Assembly (NCBI RefSeq): GCF_009834535.1
Contig: NC_045697.1
Span: forward strand, 90,522,001-90,586,000
DNA: 64,000 nt
Reading direction: 5' to 3'
Origin: Camelus ferus
Taxonomy: Eukaryota
Part shown: positions 13,445 through 25,946 of the stretch, piece after piece
Numbering within the stretch: the stretch's first letter is position 1
How the letters are laid out: every line of letters begins with the position of its first letter
Notes under the pieces: model-generated
Told to the model about the DNA's origin: nothing
Databases searched by the model: none
The model's input: the letters and a program-made list of their open reading frames with translations, nothing else
Made by a program: the position numbers and the translations under genes

Positions 13445-13900
13445 AGTAAGTCTTCTTTTATATTGTGTTAAGTGCTGTGATCCACCACTCCAATCCCTCT
13501 TCTCTCTGCACCCTCCCTGTCCCTTTTAGGAGGGAGGCATCCCTTCCCAATCCTGCTAGGAATATTGACAGTGGAGGCTTTCAGTTGAGTCCAGAAACTG
13601 TCCTCGGCTAAAGAGAGTCACTTTGCCACACCTCTTTTCTAGGTTGAACTGATAAGAGGATACAAAGGCCTGTCCCTCTTGCCTCAACTCAGGACAACTC
13701 TGCAGATCATCCCATGTCAAGCCCATGGGATTGGAAGAGGCCTTTGCTGAGACTGCATTACATTTCAGCTTTTTACTCTGCCCAATCCTGCTTCCTTCAC
13801 TCTCCCCACACTTGTTGATCCCAACAGCACTTCCCGATAAACCTCCTACATAGAAATTTCCATCTCAGATTCAGTTTCCCAAGGCACCCAACCTTCAATA
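13445..13900 (+). mobile_element. ERVL LTR16-like solo LTR
   Basis: AGGACAACTCTG, CTCTGCCCAATCCTGCTTCCTTCACTC and ATAAACCTCCT...CATCTCAG...TTCCCAAGGCACCCAACCT end motifs. Confidence 0.7.
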
Positions 13901-14224
13901 TAAAGTATAAATTTTCCTTCATATAAAAAAGTCTACTTGTCCTAATTCTAACCTCAGAAACTGTACTGGATAAAACAATCTCTGTTCCACATGATGGCCT
14001 TTTAGACATTTGAAGGCAGTTATTATGTGCCTGGGGGTGAAAGTGCCAATCTTGATAGAGTTTGTGAGAAGGAAGAGGCACCAGACAATGTAATATGGCT
14101 TTAGGGCCAGAAGAGTGTGGTGTCTTGGAAACCATGCCTGCATTAGAGCTGCCAAGAGAGATTCCCACCCACAAGACCAACTGGTTCCATAAACAATTTC
14201 CCATAACCAACCTTGAAAACACTC

Positions 14225-14665
14225 TGTATTAGTTTTCTATTATGCAAACAGTCCTGTATGGAAAATTCCCACAAACTTAGTGGCCTTAAATAACCCCCAC
14301 TTATTAGCTCGACCATACTATAGGTCACAAGTCCAGGAGGGCTCGACTAGATTCTCTGCTTAGGATCTCACAAGGTAAAAATCCATGTTTCAGCTGGGCT
14401 GATATATTACCTGAAGGGTCTGTGAACAACCTCTCCTGAGCTCATTCAGGTTGTTGGCAAAATTTAGTTTTTTACAGTTGTAGGACTGAGTTATCCATTT
14501 CCTTGCAGGCTGTCAGTGATGGACCACTTTCTGGTTTTAGAGGCTCTTCTCCCACAGCCCTCTCCATCTCCAAATCAGTGATGTCCTCAACAGTTCTTCT
14601 CATGCACATCTCTCTAACTTCCTCTTCTGCTATCAGCCAGAGAAAGGTTTTTGCTTTCAAGGGCA
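14225..14665 (-). mobile_element. MaLR MLT1-type LTR
   Basis: TGTATTAGTTTTCTATT...CACAAACTTAGTGGC, CTCATTCAGGTTGTTGGCAAAATTTAG, AGCCAGAGAAAGGTTTTTGCTTTC. Confidence 0.75.
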
Positions 14666-15739
14666 AACAAGTAGCTATAGATATATCTCACTTTAAGAAT
14701 ATATGACACATGTAAAATCCAGAATTATGAAAACATAATTGAATAGTGATCTACAATACCATGGACTTTTCACAAAATTTAAAGTCAGAAGGAAACATTA
14801 TCTAATCCTTTCAAACAAAAGATAAATGGCAAAAACTTAAAGTAGTAATTACCTTAAATAGTTATAAAATAACTTCTGTATACAAAAGACTTATAATGGG
14901 CTTTCTTTAAAAAGCAGGATACCCATGTATCCTTAAATGATACAAAAGGCTCAAAACCATTTATGTATATCTGAGAATGGAAATCTAAAATAGATGATAA
15001 TTGAAGAATTTCGTATGCAGAATGCCAACTTCAAATTATTCTTTTTACATACTTAACTTTGAATATATCCTGATTCTAAAAGTATATACTTGTTATTTTA
15101 CATTTTGAAAAAATACAGAAAAGCATAAAGGAGGAAAATTAAAATCACTCAATTTTACTTCCAGATGCAATCATTTTTAAGATTCGGTGAATAATCATCC
15201 AATCAATTTCCTAGCTGAAAGCTGTTAAGCATTCTATTTAAATTTCCTTTTAATAAATACATGTTAGTTCACTGTATGAATGGACTTGAACCAACTTAAG
15301 CATTACATTAACTTTGGATATTTATACTTCTTAAATACTTGCTATGACAACATACTGTGATGAACATCATGATCTTAACTTTTTTATCATTTCCTTGGGG
15401 TTAATTTCTGAATCAAAAGAATTGAACATTTTCAGATTCTTGAAACTTTTGGACTCAAGGACACCAGGCAGAGTGTAGGGCAGAGATGAGATCCTCCTTA
15501 TTCACCTGCTTCATCCACTTGGCTCCCAGACCACTGGCAGCCAGGGTTCAAGAAACTGAGTCAAGAGAAAAGTTATACAGGTAATGTCATTAGAAAATCC
15601 TACAATGAATAGTCAAGTCCCATATAATAACCCTACATCTTAAAATTAATCCATTACTGTTTATAATATACCTGTAATATATAATCAGTAGTACCTTATA
15701 ACTCAAACTACACTTTCCAGTCTCTTCTCTATTTATCCA

Positions 15740-16830
15740 CCATTATAGTATCGTACAGAATACTTTTCACTGCTCTAAAAATCCTCTATGCTCTGCCTCT
15801 TCATTCCCTCCTCAAGCAATCACCAATCTTTTTACTGTCTCCATAGTGTTGCCTTTTCCAGAGTGCCATGTAGTTGGAATTACAAAATGTGTTGCCTTTT
15901 CAGATTGGCTTCTTTCACTTGTTTCCTCCATGTCTTTTCACGGACAGCTCATTTGTTTTTAGCACTAAATAATATTCCATTGTCTGGATTTATTTATCCA
16001 TTCACCTACTGAAGGACATCTTGGTTGCTTCCCGGATTTGGCAATTATGAAAAAAACTTCTATAGACATCCTTGTGCAGGCTTTCGTGTGAACATAAGTT
16101 TCAACTCATTTGGTAAATACCACAGAACATGATTGCTGGATTTTATGGTAAAAGTCTGTTTAATTTTGTACAAAACTGCACAACTCTTTTCCAAAGTGGC
16201 TTTACCATTTTGTATTCCCACCACTGATGAGTAAGCACTCCTGTTGCTCCACATCCTCAGCAGCATGGTGTTGCCAGTGTTTTGGATTTCAGCCATTCCA
16301 ATAGGTGTGTAGTCTACGGCCATACCATCCTAAACCCTCCTGATCCCGTCTAACAGGTGTGTAGTGAAATCTCATTGTTGTGTTAATTTGCAATTCCCTA
16401 ATGAATTATGATATGGAGCATCTTTTCATATCTTGTTTGCTATCTGTATATCTTCTTCAGTGAGGTGTTCAGGTCTTTTGCCCATTTTGAAAAATCAAGC
16501 CGTTCCTTTTCTTACTGTTGACTTTCAGGAGTTCTTCGTATATTTTTTTGGTTACCTTTTGCAAATATTTCCCCCGAGTCTGTGGCTTGTTTTCTTATTA
16601 TCTTGACACCATCTTTGCAGAGGAGTTTTTATTTTAGTGAAGTCCAGTTTATCAATTATTTCTCTCATACATTGTGCTTTTTGGTGTCCTATTTAAAAGG
16701 TCATCATCCTTTAAAAAGGTTAAAATGGTGAACTTTATGTTCACGAATTTTACCACAATAAAAAACTAAGACAAAAATAAAAGTCATCACCATACCCAAG
16801 GTCATCTAGATTTTCTCCTGTGTTATAGTC
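15740..16830 (-). mobile_element. Old L1 (L1MA/MB-like) ORF2 end / 3' UTR carrying the 5S fragment
   Basis: Antisense L1 motifs (GAAGGACATCTTGGTTGCTTCC, TTCCAAAGTGGCTTTACCATTTTGTATTCCCACCA, AATTTGCAATTCCCTAATG). Confidence 0.9.
16312..16351 (+). pseudogene. 5' fragment (nt 1-40) of 5S rRNA, tailless retropseudogene
   Basis: GTCTACGGCCATACCATCCTAAACCCTCCTGATCCCGTCT matches mammalian 5S rRNA nt 1-40 (recalled) at 34/40, first 16 nt exact. Flanked by AATAGGTGTGTA (16300-16311) and AACAGGTGTGTA (16352-16363). Confidence 0.88.
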
Positions 16831-17069
16831 TAGCTTCAAGTATATTTTTAAAGCAAATAGAGCCCCAAAAGAGAATAAAGGGTCCACACTTGGCAGGTCA
16901 GCCACCACTTTTTATTTATCGTTTTATCTCCAAAGACTGATATTCAGCTTGGCACACAGCAGGTAATCAATAAGTATATGTTTACCTGGATAGGTGAATG
17001 TAAACGGCTTCTTTAGTCAGAATTTAAACTCCCACTGATAATGGGCACCCAGCTCACCTCTCTTACTCA

Positions 17070-18035
17070 GTTTTCGGCCTGCCCGGGAGCAGCTGGGGCT
17101 TTGGAGCCCCTTCAGTGCCTCCCCCAGGCCACAGATGTTCGTGGCCCGCCAAGCTGCAGGTGGTGACTTCCTCTGCTGGGGGTGGTGCCCGGACACCAGC
17201 GTCCCTCGTGAAGAGCACTAGGCGGCGAAAGAGCGCAGCTCCGGGCGGCCCGGCTGGAGGCGCTCGACGGCAAGCCCCGGACACCAGGGATCCTCCTGTC
17301 CTGGGTGCTCGGACAACTTAGAGAGGCGAGGGGCCCCAGACGTGGAAGAGGGGCACTCCGGACTTGGCCCGCCCCGGCAGGGTGGCGGCCGACAGACCGC
17401 CAACCTGCCCGGGTCCTCCGGCGCCAAGGTGGCCGCGCCGCCAGCCGCAGGGCTCCAAGATCCGCACGGCTTAGCCGGAGGGTGAAGGAAAGGAAGAGCC
17501 GTGGCTGACACTGCCGCCCTTCAGTCCCAGGTTTTTGCGCGACGGAAACGGGCAGCCTTTTCCTCCAGCTCTCGGTTTCCCGGGGGCGACTCGAGCCGTG
17601 CTCGAAGCGGACGGCGCCGCGAGCGCCGGGGGTGAGACCTCGCGGTCTCCCGTGCTTGTTACCTATTGTACGCCTCTGCAGCGAGTCTCAAGTGGGCATG
17701 TTTCAGGTGGGCAGGTCCAGCATCCCCAAACCTGCCCCCCGGAACCTGGAGGATCTGGACTCTGTGCAGCGCGTCCTCTTACACAGGTCAGTGCTGGGCC
17801 GGGGGCTCAGGGTAAGACCGCCCTCCGTTCCCGAGGACGATGGCGAGGGGAGGGGCAACCTTTCTTTCCGGGGTCTTGAAGGACGAGTCTCTTTTGGGAT
17901 TCGCCTTGGTGCGATGCTTGCCGCGGAAGGGGAGTTGGGACCTGCACTCCACCCTTTTCAGAATCGGATGCTCGGGATTTGCCGGGTCTCGCCGCTGGGA
18001 GTCTGTCCCCGCGTGGGACCGGGTTACCCGCCCCA
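17070..18035. promoter_or_regulatory. Upstream CpG island (candidate distal promoter/enhancer)
   Basis: Abrupt ~1 kb GC- and CpG-rich non-repetitive block in AT-rich flanks; GC box CCCGCCCC 17368-17375; several + strand donor-like sites. Confidence 0.85.
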
Positions 18036-21000
18036 CTTAAGAAAACACCACTTTCTAAAGAAGCGAAAAACAATTAAGCAAAACTGTTCTCTAAACACCT
18101 TTTGACTCTCTTTAGGAAAAAGAGCTGAGAGTTTGTTTGGACTTTGGTTGTGATTGGAATTAGAAGCAGCCACTTTTTAACAAATCTAAATTCTCCCCCC
18201 CAAACACCCTCCCCACACGCACGCGTAAGCGTCCACATAACTACACAAAAGAAATTTGAGTTCCTCTAGAAAGGATGAGAACCCCAACTTTCTGTAAACT
18301 GCTAATGTATTAATTTCCTTTGTCCAACCTTATACTTTATCTAAAATAGACTAACAAATATTAACTCGCATGGTAACGGTGATAGGTTTATGGAAGAGAA
18401 AGAAGTTAAGAACCCACATGGAGAACAAGTTCTCTTTCCATTTTAAGGTTAAGAGAGGAAGGCTGAAGTGCCAGGCAGCTAATGCTGCTTTAACTCTAGG
18501 ACAGCTTGGCTTTCCTAAGACATATTATGGGAAAACCTCTTTTAGAAATATATCAAAAGTATCTCTTCAATACGTTTGTGGTGAGAAAGAGTAAGTGGCT
18601 CTTAGCAAATATCTGTCAGGGGGAGGCTTATGTGAGTTCTCTCATCTGTAAACGTTTCAAGTGACCCTTTAAAGTCTTCGTACAAAACCATATGAGCTGT
18701 AAAAATCCTGTCCTGTTGGAAGTGTGAGTAAAAAAGAAAGACATTGTAAGAGGAAGAAATCGAGTCTCTTCGATTTAAAAGCTGTTTTCTGAAACCTGCA
18801 ATTTTCCAGTTGGTTTCCTTCCCCTCTCCCCTCAAGAGAGCCTCTGCCATATACAATAAAACATTAACAAATGAGCAGTTGAAAGGGGATTCTGCTAAAT
18901 TCCCAGACAGCTCTCCCTGCATTTGATAAAATTACAATCCAGGAGTAATCCCCCAAAGTATTAACTAGAAACTCATTCACAGCATGACTTTGATAAAGTC
19001 AGGAAGGGTTTTTGTTTTAAATGCTTAAAACCCTGATGCAACAGAATTTATTCATGTTTTAAATGTCAAGTGCCAAAAAATTCCAAACTGATTAACACTA
19101 CAGGGTTTCAGATCCTAAGCATAAACCTGTCTAAATGAACCAGGGCAAAAGAATATATTTAAACTATAGCCATCAAGAAGGCTAAGGTGATTATTTCGGA
19201 AGTAAGTAGTGGAGTGTTTCTGGAATAAACCTGCTCAGTATATGAAAAGCTACTTTATCTGAATTACAAATAACTGCTCCCACATGCTATAGGAACCAAT
19301 GGAATCTGAAACTCAAGTGTCTTTGTCAGTATGATGGCTAACAATTCTCTGTTTTTAAGAAAATCTTTTTGCTTTTGCTTTTGCAATGCATTATTTTTAT
19401 TAGTGGTTATTTACTATTTAATGTTTTCAAACACTTGTTTAAAATTTTGAGACATCTATAGAGGTTTCTCTTGCACTTAATGAAGATAGATTTTTCACAC
19501 AAGTTCATATTTAATCAAATGTCTTTTGCTTATGTATATAAAGATTTGTTCTGACATAATATAATAGAAATTAGAGAAATCAGATAGCCTTAAATTACAC
19601 TCATCTACTCATCATAGTTCTCAGGCTGTAGACCAGTGCATGGCTTATTTTTTTAAATCAGTTTTAAAGATTTTTTATGTTTTTCCTTTAAAACATCCCT
19701 TATAAGATATCTACAAAATTTTGACAATTGCACTAAAGAGACCAGTAGCCTTGAGCCATAGAAAATGTATTAACAAGAGAAAATAGCCTGCTTTTATTTT
19801 TACATCTTATTTTAAAGATAACTCTTCTGAGTATTTTTTTATTTACTGGTGTATCTTCTGTTGTAAATATGGTTTTCAAAATGTGAAGCATTAAATTGCT
19901 GTGCTTTTGAAAAAGATACTTCAGCCAAACCAAAATTGAAGCAAAGTTGCAAACTATTCTCTGCATGAAGTATTAGCTTCAAAATATGTCAATATTAAAA
20001 TAAAAATAGCACAGCAAAAAAAATTCAGCTGCCTGCTTTTTAATAAAAAGTTACATGTAGGTTATCCAAGTCAGGGAAAAGCTTCAGTATTGCATTTCTC
20101 AGTTACTTTTACTTAAGTAAATTAACAAATATATGTGTCATCTCGATTTTAAGAAGTACCCAAATAATCATATTAGCACTCAATAGAATTTTGCAAAGAT
20201 TTTAAAAAAATTTATGCACATGACTACTCACTCCCTTGGAGTCCTATTTCTGTTGCATAGTACATAGTTGTGGGACTTGGCAAAATTTTGCTTGTCTATA
20301 TTTTCCTGTTCTTTCTGTAGTATAAAGGGGATAATACCCACTTCACAGGGTGGTGATGTGAATTTCAGATGATATTTAAGTGCTCTATAAAACTAAAGTT
20401 CTGTTAAATAGGAAGGATTATGTTTACAGGGGTTTTAAAAAAATTAAAAGCAAGCACAAAAAGATAGCTATTCCTAAATGTTCTGAGAAAATTAAGCTAA
20501 GTGACTTTTGCCCAAAGCCTCAAGGCTAATCTATGGTTCTGGTCCAGGCTAGAGTGCTGGCGTTTTGACACTACCTAAGCCAGCAGAGAAAGTGAGCTAA
20601 AGTTGAGTCTCTGAAAATGTTTGATGACCTGAATTTCATACTTTTGTCCACAGCAAAATTAGCATATTTAAAATACTCAAACATGGAGAACTCTCGGAAG
20701 GAAGAATATGCCCCATTAGATAATATTCCTGATGAATAAAATATCCTTTTAAACTCAAAAAGTAAAAACCAAAATAAATAATAAAATCAAAGCTTTTAAG
20801 AATATAGCATATATCATACACAGCTCTATTTCTTAAAGTGTAAGGTATTAGATTACAAAGGTTAGCTCATTTGTTTCTTGGCAACATTGCATAGTAGGCA
20901 GGGATTATAATTGCTGTCTTCAGAAGAAATTAATTTCCCATATTCTCTTGGTTATTAATGCCAGAATCAGGATGAGAACCTGGCTCCTCTGACTGAGGCA

Positions 21001-23079
21001 TGCATGGGGTATCAGCCATTTTCATAGTCGTTATCAAATTACTGTACAGTTTGACAATACAGTGATTTTTTTTTTAGGTGCTACTGAAGGCACTTAACAC
21101 TCACTTATAAACTACAGTTTTTGTAAATTTCATGTGTGCTTTTTGTTTCTGCTGTTTTCTTCATCAGCAGATTGTCAGGCATCAACCGTTTCTGCGGCCT
21201 GTGTATTTCTGTTTAAGGAGGCCTCCCTCCTTCTGGTTGGCAGCTACCAATCTGAGAACAGTTCACCAAATTCGTTAGAATTTGTAAATGAAAATATAAA
21301 ATGAGAATAAGTAGGAGTGAATGAATTGGGTTTGGGGTTTAAGCTTTGTGCCATCTACTTTGGCTACTTCTATGTTTACTTCTGGAGTCTCATCTGTATT
21401 CCATTATTGTTCAAATGGAGAATGCATAATCTTAGAACAAGTAAATTCCATATATTTTTACAGGTAATTCAATTTTTATGTAGGAAAATGAGAGTTTTCT
21501 TTTTTTTTTTAAGAGAGTTTTCAATCATAATGCAATTCCACAAACATAAGATTGCCCAAATGTTATTCTTTTATATTATAGGTCTATCCCAAATTTGAAA
21601 AATTCCACATTATGAAGGCTGAGTTTTCAAAATGCTATTTTGCTCAATCTACCAAATTATTTATGATTTAAAAAATGATTGGGGTTGTCAATATTACCAC
21701 ATAATGCATGAATTATTACCACATTCACAATTAAGGTGATATTAATTAGTTCCTAACAAAACTCCATTACATGAATTTTTTACCTTGCAATTAAAAATTT
21801 TTAATGGATGTGACCTCCCGTGGCCCTGTTTTCATTGAGTTCTCATTGCTAGCTTATATTACTACTTAGGAAAGAGCTCTTGAACCTGCTAAAGATACTA
21901 AATATTTAATTATGTCCTTACCTGTTGTATTTTATGTCAGAATTGTATTGTTTGCCTAATTGAGATGGTAATCAATGGAAATAAGGACCTGATGACTCGT
22001 ATATATTAAGCTAAACTTATTTGGGCCTCAGAAGATGGCTGGCCATTTGTGTAGTGGAAAATAGAAAATAAGAATATACCCCAGTCTAAATCTTTTAAGT
22101 CTTCCTGCAACTGATAATTATGAAACAAAGACGATGCTCTTATAAAGGCCCTGAAAAAATGGCATCTTATTCTTTTCCTTTCTTCATCCTCTCCAATACA
22201 TTTAAGAGTATTAAATATTAATTTAGTTAGTACAAATATGATATATGAAGTTAGAAATCTGATTAGCTAATACCATACCCTGAAATTTTAAATAAGAATT
22301 TAAAATGATTGCTGTTATTTCTTCTTTTGAGGAAGATCAAGCAAATGGGTAACTTTCTCTGGGAGTGGGGAGAGGGGTGAGGAAGAATTTTGTTCATTAA
22401 ACATATGAAAATAAATTAGTTAAGTTGACGTAATTCAGAGACTTATCTGCTGTGAAAGGACATTTCTTAAAAGATATACTTTTATATGGCATTTCTTGCT
22501 CTGGTTCAACCTTGTTTAAGATAGAAGATTGAAAAAAAAGTCATGTCTTCTAGGTAGCAAAGATAGACACATTCCTAAATAACTTAGATACTGCAGACTG
22601 ATAATTAATTATAATAGAACTTTATGGGATGTGTTATGAGGGGAAGGTAGAAAGAGGAATTCTTACTAAGGTAGGAAAAGAGTCTGGGAAGGCTTCTTGG
22701 AAAACATACTACTTGAACTGGATCTGAAAGGAAAATGTATTTTGGATAAGTAGCATTCCACAGTGAAAGAACTGTATGAGTAAATGATCTATAGAATAGC
22801 TGATTTTTGTTTTGACACTTTACATCTTAAGTATATTATATGCATTAACTCATCGAATTCCAAATAGTCTTGTGAAATAGGTACCCATATCCAAAGTTAC
22901 AGGTAGGAGAAGTGAAGCTTGGAGAGGTGTTAGCTCAAGATTATACACCATGGGTTCTGGAGCAGGGAGAAGTCTGTCTGCCAGGCTCAAAACCAGGAGG
23001 TGGAGTGGGTCCCATCCTCCTTGGGAAATGGTCAGTGGGACAGTAAATATAAAGCATAGAATCGAGGGAAGGTTATGGG

Positions 23080-23255
23080 CAGTGTTTCCCGAGTCTGCCT
23101 TTAACCTAAGGATCACTTGGGGTAACTTGTTCAAAATGGAGATTCAGGCTCTTCCCCTGGAGATTCTGAGCCTCTTGAAGTGGGGCAGGGCCCTAAATCT
23201 GTGTGGTTAACAAGCACCTCAGGTAAGATAGTTTGATCAGCAAGTTGGACACACT
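23080..23255. mobile_element. hAT-Charlie MER5A-like DNA transposon relic
   Basis: CAGTGTTTCCC start, ATCACTTGGGG...GAGATTCTGA...AACAAGCACCTCAGGT core. Confidence 0.7.
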
Positions 23256-23713
23256 TAATTATCTTGATTAATATATAGCAACAAATAAGGCCTCTAACTC
23301 CTAATTGGTGTTCAATTGCTAGTAGAATTGGAAATTTTTTTGAAAGAGTTTGGATTTTATTCTGTGTTTAATGGGGTGACATTCAGACTTATGAGCAGGT
23401 TATAAAATTATTAGATGTTTACAGAAAAAATGAAATGTTATTTATAGTAAGAAAATGTGGTATTTTGTTAAAATTTAATGTGTCCTTTTTTATTTTACTT
23501 ACAATAAGGTGCTTTTAAAATGAGGAAAGGCTAACTTTATTAAAGAGGTGCCTAAAGCATTTTTTAATTTTAGAGTGCATTTTTAGGTAATTTTTAACAT
23601 TCGAGATTGTCATGAGAATTAAGTATTTATGTTTAAACATGAAACATATTATAATTATTATACTGATTCTGCCTTTTAAAATAATATTGTTTCTCTGATT
23701 TTAAAAGTAATAC

Positions 23714-23783
23714 TTTTTTTAATAGAGGTACTGAGGATTGAACCCAGGACCTTGCTCTACCACTGAGCTATATCCACCTCCCT
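23714..23783 (-). mobile_element. Vic-1-like SINE (internally shortened)
   Basis: GAGGTACTGAGGATTGAACCCAGGACC...CTACCACTGAGCTATA; TSD GTAATACTTTTTT (23707-23719 / 23784-23796). Confidence 0.88.
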
Positions 23784-25009
23784 GTAATACTTTTTTCTTG
23801 GACCTCAGTACTGATAGAAATATTTGTTTCTCTTCCTTCCTGGCTCCACTCTTTTGGGGCTTCAGACCCCATTACTTCTTACATCATGTTTAGCTGGCAA
23901 GGTTGCCTTCTACCTACCAGAGAAGATATACACCACCACAGGATTACTGCCTCAGCTTCCTGACTGAAACTAGCAAGTCAGCATCTACACCTGCACCCTC
24001 CTGTGGGTACTAGCTTTAGGGAAGCGGTGTTGAGCAAGGTCATCTCCCTTCATCTGTTCCCTGGGTGCCATCCCCTCCTGCCACCTCAAGAACCTCCTTT
24101 GCCCATTATCCCTTTATGAATTAGTCCCCTCTTCTCCAATTCGAGTGGTATGCAGACCTCATTACAGGAAAGACTCTTACAGATCTCTAGAGATGACAGA
24201 CTTGTTAAATTATAATTTTAAATAAACAGGTAGAAACTTTGTGCTTTATAGTTCTTACATAAGATAAAAACAACTTTATAAATTAATGCAAATAAACTGT
24301 AAAATAAAATTCAATAGCTGGTTTACAACTATAAAAAAGCAAATTTAGAAATTAAAAAAGAAATTAATACAAATAAAACCATAAAACTTAGACTATTCAG
24401 ATATACATAGTTTAATGTGACAAATGAAACTAAATTGCAGCTTAAAAGTTTAAATATTTGACTGCTACTGCCCAGGTTCTTTTGAGTTCTCCATACATAA
24501 ACCGCTCTGGGCCACTCATCCCCCACTACTCCTCTCTGTTTGGAACATAATATCCCACAATAACAAATTAAGACTGCCTCTAAGAAATTTGCTGTGGCCC
24601 TACATGCCCTAGTTTGTTTTCCTTTGGGTATTCCAATGGAACTCTATATTTATCACAATACTATCACTATACGTTATAAATTGACCATTTGCCTTTCAGT
24701 CTCTGCTGTCTAACCATACAGTTTTAAGTTGAATCCCCAGCACCCATCCATTGAGATCACAAAATAATTATACCTTTTTTACCTGCTATAATAAGAACAA
24801 TTTACCCATGCATTACTCTTTGAAAGCATTTCTATTAACATCATAATACTCATCATACTTTATATATAAAGATGTATTACTTTTCCCCTATTGAACATTT
24901 GGATTGCTTTCAGCTTTCACATTTACAAATTTTATCAATTTTATTTGCATCCCTTATTTTCTTAGAAAAGATCTCTAATAGTTGAATTACTGGGTCCTGA
25001 GAAAGAAAT

Positions 25010-25205
25010 ATAATCTAGTGGTTAATGACTTAGTTCGAGTCCTGGTTGGCTTTGTTGTCTGCTAGCCACGTGACCATTAAGATGAGTAACTTCTCTAAGC
25101 TTCAGTTTCCTTATTTTAGTATAGGGATATTTATTTCATATATATTCATATACGTATGAACAAGTAATTAGAGCAAAGGCTAAATCTCAATAATGCTAGC
25201 TATTA
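25010..25205 (+). mobile_element. MIR SINE remnant
   Basis: GTTCGAGTCCTGG...TAGCCACGTGACC...AACTTCTCTAAGCTTCAGTTTCCTTAT core. Confidence 0.65.
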
Positions 25206-25739
25206 TTTTGTACTTACAAAAATATTTAATGTAGGTATTTGCATTTGACAGGTAAAATTTACCTGTTTACACTTCCAACTTAAGTAAAGAGAACACTTCA
25301 TCAAAGTATAAAATTTTGAGTTAGAAAATGAACGCGCAGTTGATTACACAATATTGCCACCAGTTTGAAGCATCCCTCTACGACATCTGCTTGGGAGAAC
25401 TGTGAAAACGTTTGCAATTACGAAATAAGAAAACCAAAGAAACAATGGCGCGTATTTATATTAACACCTAGAAGGCATTGCTTAAAACCATGCATTCTAT
25501 GCACGAATGAAGAGGTAGAGGGTCGTTTCATTTACCTCGAGGGAAACACAGGCGGAGCGCATTTAAGGTTTTGGACAGCCGTTCCGCGTAGAAACAAAGT
25601 GCACAGCTCTAGAAAAAAAAAAAAAGAAAAAACCCAGGGGTACTCCGCCTGTTAATAAATTACGCTGCTCTAAAGGAGTGTGTTTAGGAGTGCGTAACTG
25701 GTTAAGTTTTAGCTACTTCCATTCCGCTCTCCTAGAAAT

Positions 25740-25946
25740 TTAAGTTCATTGGCTCTTTTCAGTCACCTTGGTTCTCTCGGGGACGCTTTCCTGTCTCCCT
25801 GGCAACCAGAGCCGCCACCAATTGCAGCTAAGGATTGGTCGTCACGTGGCCGCTACCACTTCCCGAGCGGAGGCAACATGGCGGCCCCGGTAAGCCGCCG
25901 CTGCGAGGTTTGAATCACTCCACTTGTGGCTGCTGCATCCCTGATG
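25740..25946 (+). promoter_or_regulatory. INTU: INTU proximal promoter / 5' UTR with X-box, CCAAT, E-box, ETS-like and YY1 motifs
   Basis: CpG-enriched. X-box-like GTCTCCCTGGCAAC 25793-25806; CCAAT 25818-25822 and ATTGG 25834-25838; GTCACGTG 25841-25848; ACTTCC 25858-25863; CAACATGGCGGC (YY1-type) around 25874-25885. No TATA seen; TSS not determinable. Confidence 0.75.
25878..25913 (+). other. Candidate upstream ORF MAAPVSRRCEV*, in frame with INTU
   Basis: CAACATGG Kozak context; TGA at 25911-25913; starts 69 nt (23 codons) upstream of ATG 25947. Confidence 0.6.

Noticed and set aside
17063..18105. Cluster of overlapping 66-157 aa ORFs on both strands
   Set aside because: Expected from stop-codon scarcity in a CpG island; most begin at GTG/TTG and are P/G/R/A-rich with no recognisable domain.
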